A stretch of DNA of 64,000 nucleotides from assembly GCA_030141605.1 (NCBI GenBank), contig JAQGDQ010000118.1:434001-498000 (forward strand). Reading direction: 5' to 3'. The position numbers were made by a program, and so were the translations under genes. Each line of letters opens with the position of its first letter. The stretch's first letter is position 1. Below the pieces are notes generated by a model, which did no database searches, was not told the origin of the DNA, and was given only the letters and a program-made list of their open reading frames with translations. The stretch is from Tubiluchus corallicola. Lineage: Eukaryota > Animalia > Priapulida. Positions 61,525-64,000 of this stretch are shown here, piece after piece.

Positions 61525-64000
61525 GATTAAACCTTCGCATGCATTACAAGTATTCAGCAGGAGGGAATCACTAACGAAATTTTTGCTTTTGCAAATATTT
61601 TATGTGACAAATTTCTGAATCTCATATTGTGAAGTATGAGCATTTTTTATAATTTTTAAACGCATGTATATACTTTTTTGTTTTTAACGTATTTCAGGGT
61701 TGTGACCGGCAGTACCTTGCTAGATCTTTTCTACACGAATGTGCAGATCAAGTGTGTACCTCTTGTTAGCTACAAAAGCACATTATTTATAACGAGCTTG
61801 TAAAATCATATTCATATGTTGCAATATTGAAGTTTTTGCATGGCTGGAACATGAATGTAGATTTCTGCGACATTGATAAAAGAAACTAAGAGAACGCGAA
61901 TCTCTTTTTGAAGAAAACTAGGCGAGGGCAAATCTCTTCTTTTGTAGAATTTTAACTGGTTTTAATCATATAGATTTTGCATTGTAAATATATTTAAAAG
62001 AAAAGCTGTCTGATTTGGAAAATAGGGAGCAGCAGTTTAGAAGAGAATGGAACAGCTGTTCCACCTTACAAGAAAAGATTTGATAGATGACAGGTTATTT
62101 TATGTTGAGATTAGGATGAACTGCTTTTCTATAGATGCTGCTCTTACCATTTGCCAAACATTCTTCTTAGTTACTTGTGTTAATGGTACGATGAAGATGT
62201 TGTAATAATGCGTAGAGAATTGTCTAATACAGTAGCTACATAAATGAACACTACTTTGCGATTGAAATTTTGTGAAGCAATTTTTGATTTTAAAGATTTC
62301 ATTCCTATTTGATGTAATCTGATTTTTATGTTATAATAATTATCATATCAGTTAAATCTAGTTTCATCTAATTATCAAAGACACGTTTGGATCTGCACGT
62401 CAACAAAAAAAGTATTGGGACTCTCACGATGTGTGATAAATTTTTGCTGTACTCCTTTGAACATGGTGTAGAACACAGAGAATGGGAGATCTTTATTTAA
62501 AAATGCAATTATGGCCAATTGATAAGAAAAATGGTTGTTGATATGCATATATCGAATATTTTTCTGTCCCACAGACAGGCTCTGTTCTTTTTGCTGTGTC
62601 CCCGAACACCAATACTGCATACACGCAACTAGCAATAATAACAATAATTTATTCTTTAATGAAAGGACAAATCACTTAGCATGTTGGGTTTATTTACTGT
62701 TATTATTTAAACTGAGAATAATGCAAGAAAGAAGTTTGCAAAAAAAATTTCATGTCTTGAAGCATAAAGTTTATTTATACTATCACTGCATAGAAATTTT
62801 CAAGCGTGGCAGCAACTAATATTCGCACAAAACTAGCTATCTAATTTTTTTATAAAAGGTAATACTTTTGACGGAAATTGACCTTGCCTTGCTTTTCTAC
62901 ACCGACTTCAGTGGTGGAAGAGTAAGTGTTCAAAATGGGAGCACCTAACCGTGAGTTGGTCAGGGCTTTAGAGTAATTTTACTAATTATACGAAATACTT
63001 ATCACAGTTTTAACTAAGTCTTTCTAACACTTCTCACAAACATTGAAATAAGCCTAATATAGCTGAATGATGGCCTTTCCTTTAAGGAAATATAGCCCCC
63101 AAGCGACTGCCAGTGTTGAGCAAGTGCGATGGGACTTGAAATTAGATCATTATAAGAATAATGCTCTGAAATAACTGAATGGGTAGATGGAAGTGTCCAC
63201 ATAGGGAAAGCAGACGATAACCAGAATTACAGATAATATCTCCAGAAAAAGTTTTAGTGGCAGTCGCCCATTCGTTTTTTATAATCGGACATATTGCACA
63301 CATATCACGACCTGCCTAACTTTCATGCCTAAGTGCATCTTGCAGCTTGTGACATTGCGGTCATTCGTCAATTAAAGATCTCAGCTACTACTGGTTTATA
63401 ATAACTATTGTGATTGTCTCCTCTTAAATTTGTCATGTGCAATTACCGTTACCGTCGAATGATAGAGGTTAAGCTTACATAGCTTATAAACCTCTCCATT
63501 CTTCCTTGTTTTCTTTCACTATTTAAGAATATGTTAATGAGTGGCGACGCTGCGATCACGAAGCGACATTACATAGGGTTTCTTAGGTTATTTCAATTCC
63601 AGAATTGAAGAAAACTGCATATATAACAACAATTGTTATTATAATCGTTTATTTTTTTCCAAACAGCGTTTCTAAGCCGCACCTTCCTGAGCTGAGGTAG
63701 ACAGAGTGGTAAGGGTAGGTCTGAGTCAGACAAATAATGCGAAATTACATACCCGATCGGTTTGCTCGCTATGAAGGTACACCGTATTGTCGAAGTGAAA
63801 ATTTCCAAAATCTGGAAAGATCGTCAAAGAAGTGTAACTTGGGAATGAGAAATTCAATTTGTTGTCCATAAATTTTAAAAGTGATTTATAATTTTTTGAT
63901 TGTTTGCAAAGTGCAAAGGTTCGATCGAAAGAACAAAATCTCATTGTGCTATAAATTGTTTGTTATCTGCAAAGACAGAGCCTAACTTGGCTAAGGTATG

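Noticed and set aside
18952-61618. Recurrent short ORFs such as MTLSYN.LV.VNGIRSSRKNYPHYLW
   Set aside because: Translations of MITE family A copies; no transposase motifs.

Overview
AT-rich animal (invertebrate-type) genomic DNA with spliceosomal introns. The first 9.6 kb holds five + strand coding exons of a RAD54B-type SNF2 ATPase (motifs I-III). A single-coding-exon torsin cofactor gene (TOR1AIP/LAP1-LULL1-like) lies antisense inside one of its introns. I recognise no further RAD54B exon after 9567. The remaining ~54 kb instead carries a cluster of ten paralogous zinc-finger loci on both strands (8 intact, 2 pseudogenes). Each intact copy has one coding exon preceded by a 3' splice site, strongly similar in most copies. 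Each encodes a conserved ~40-aa N-terminal module (MESxGxIY[FY]KCxxCSECFxxExxFxAHSRxWHCK[IV]L[VI]SEG), a fast-evolving linker with SUMO-type motifs, and 2-4 classical C2H2 fingers with diversified recognition helices. This looks like a lineage-specific analogue of KRAB/ZAD zinc-finger families undergoing birth-and-death evolution. Intergenic DNA is full of hAT, Tc1/pogo and Sola-like MITEs and decayed LINEs. It also holds a 5S-derived SINE forming a long inverted repeat, a ~500-bp (GA)n tract born inside a MITE, and a 63-bp minisatellite with a CpG-decay signature. All calls were made by eye without database searches; labels ZF1-ZF10 are mine.
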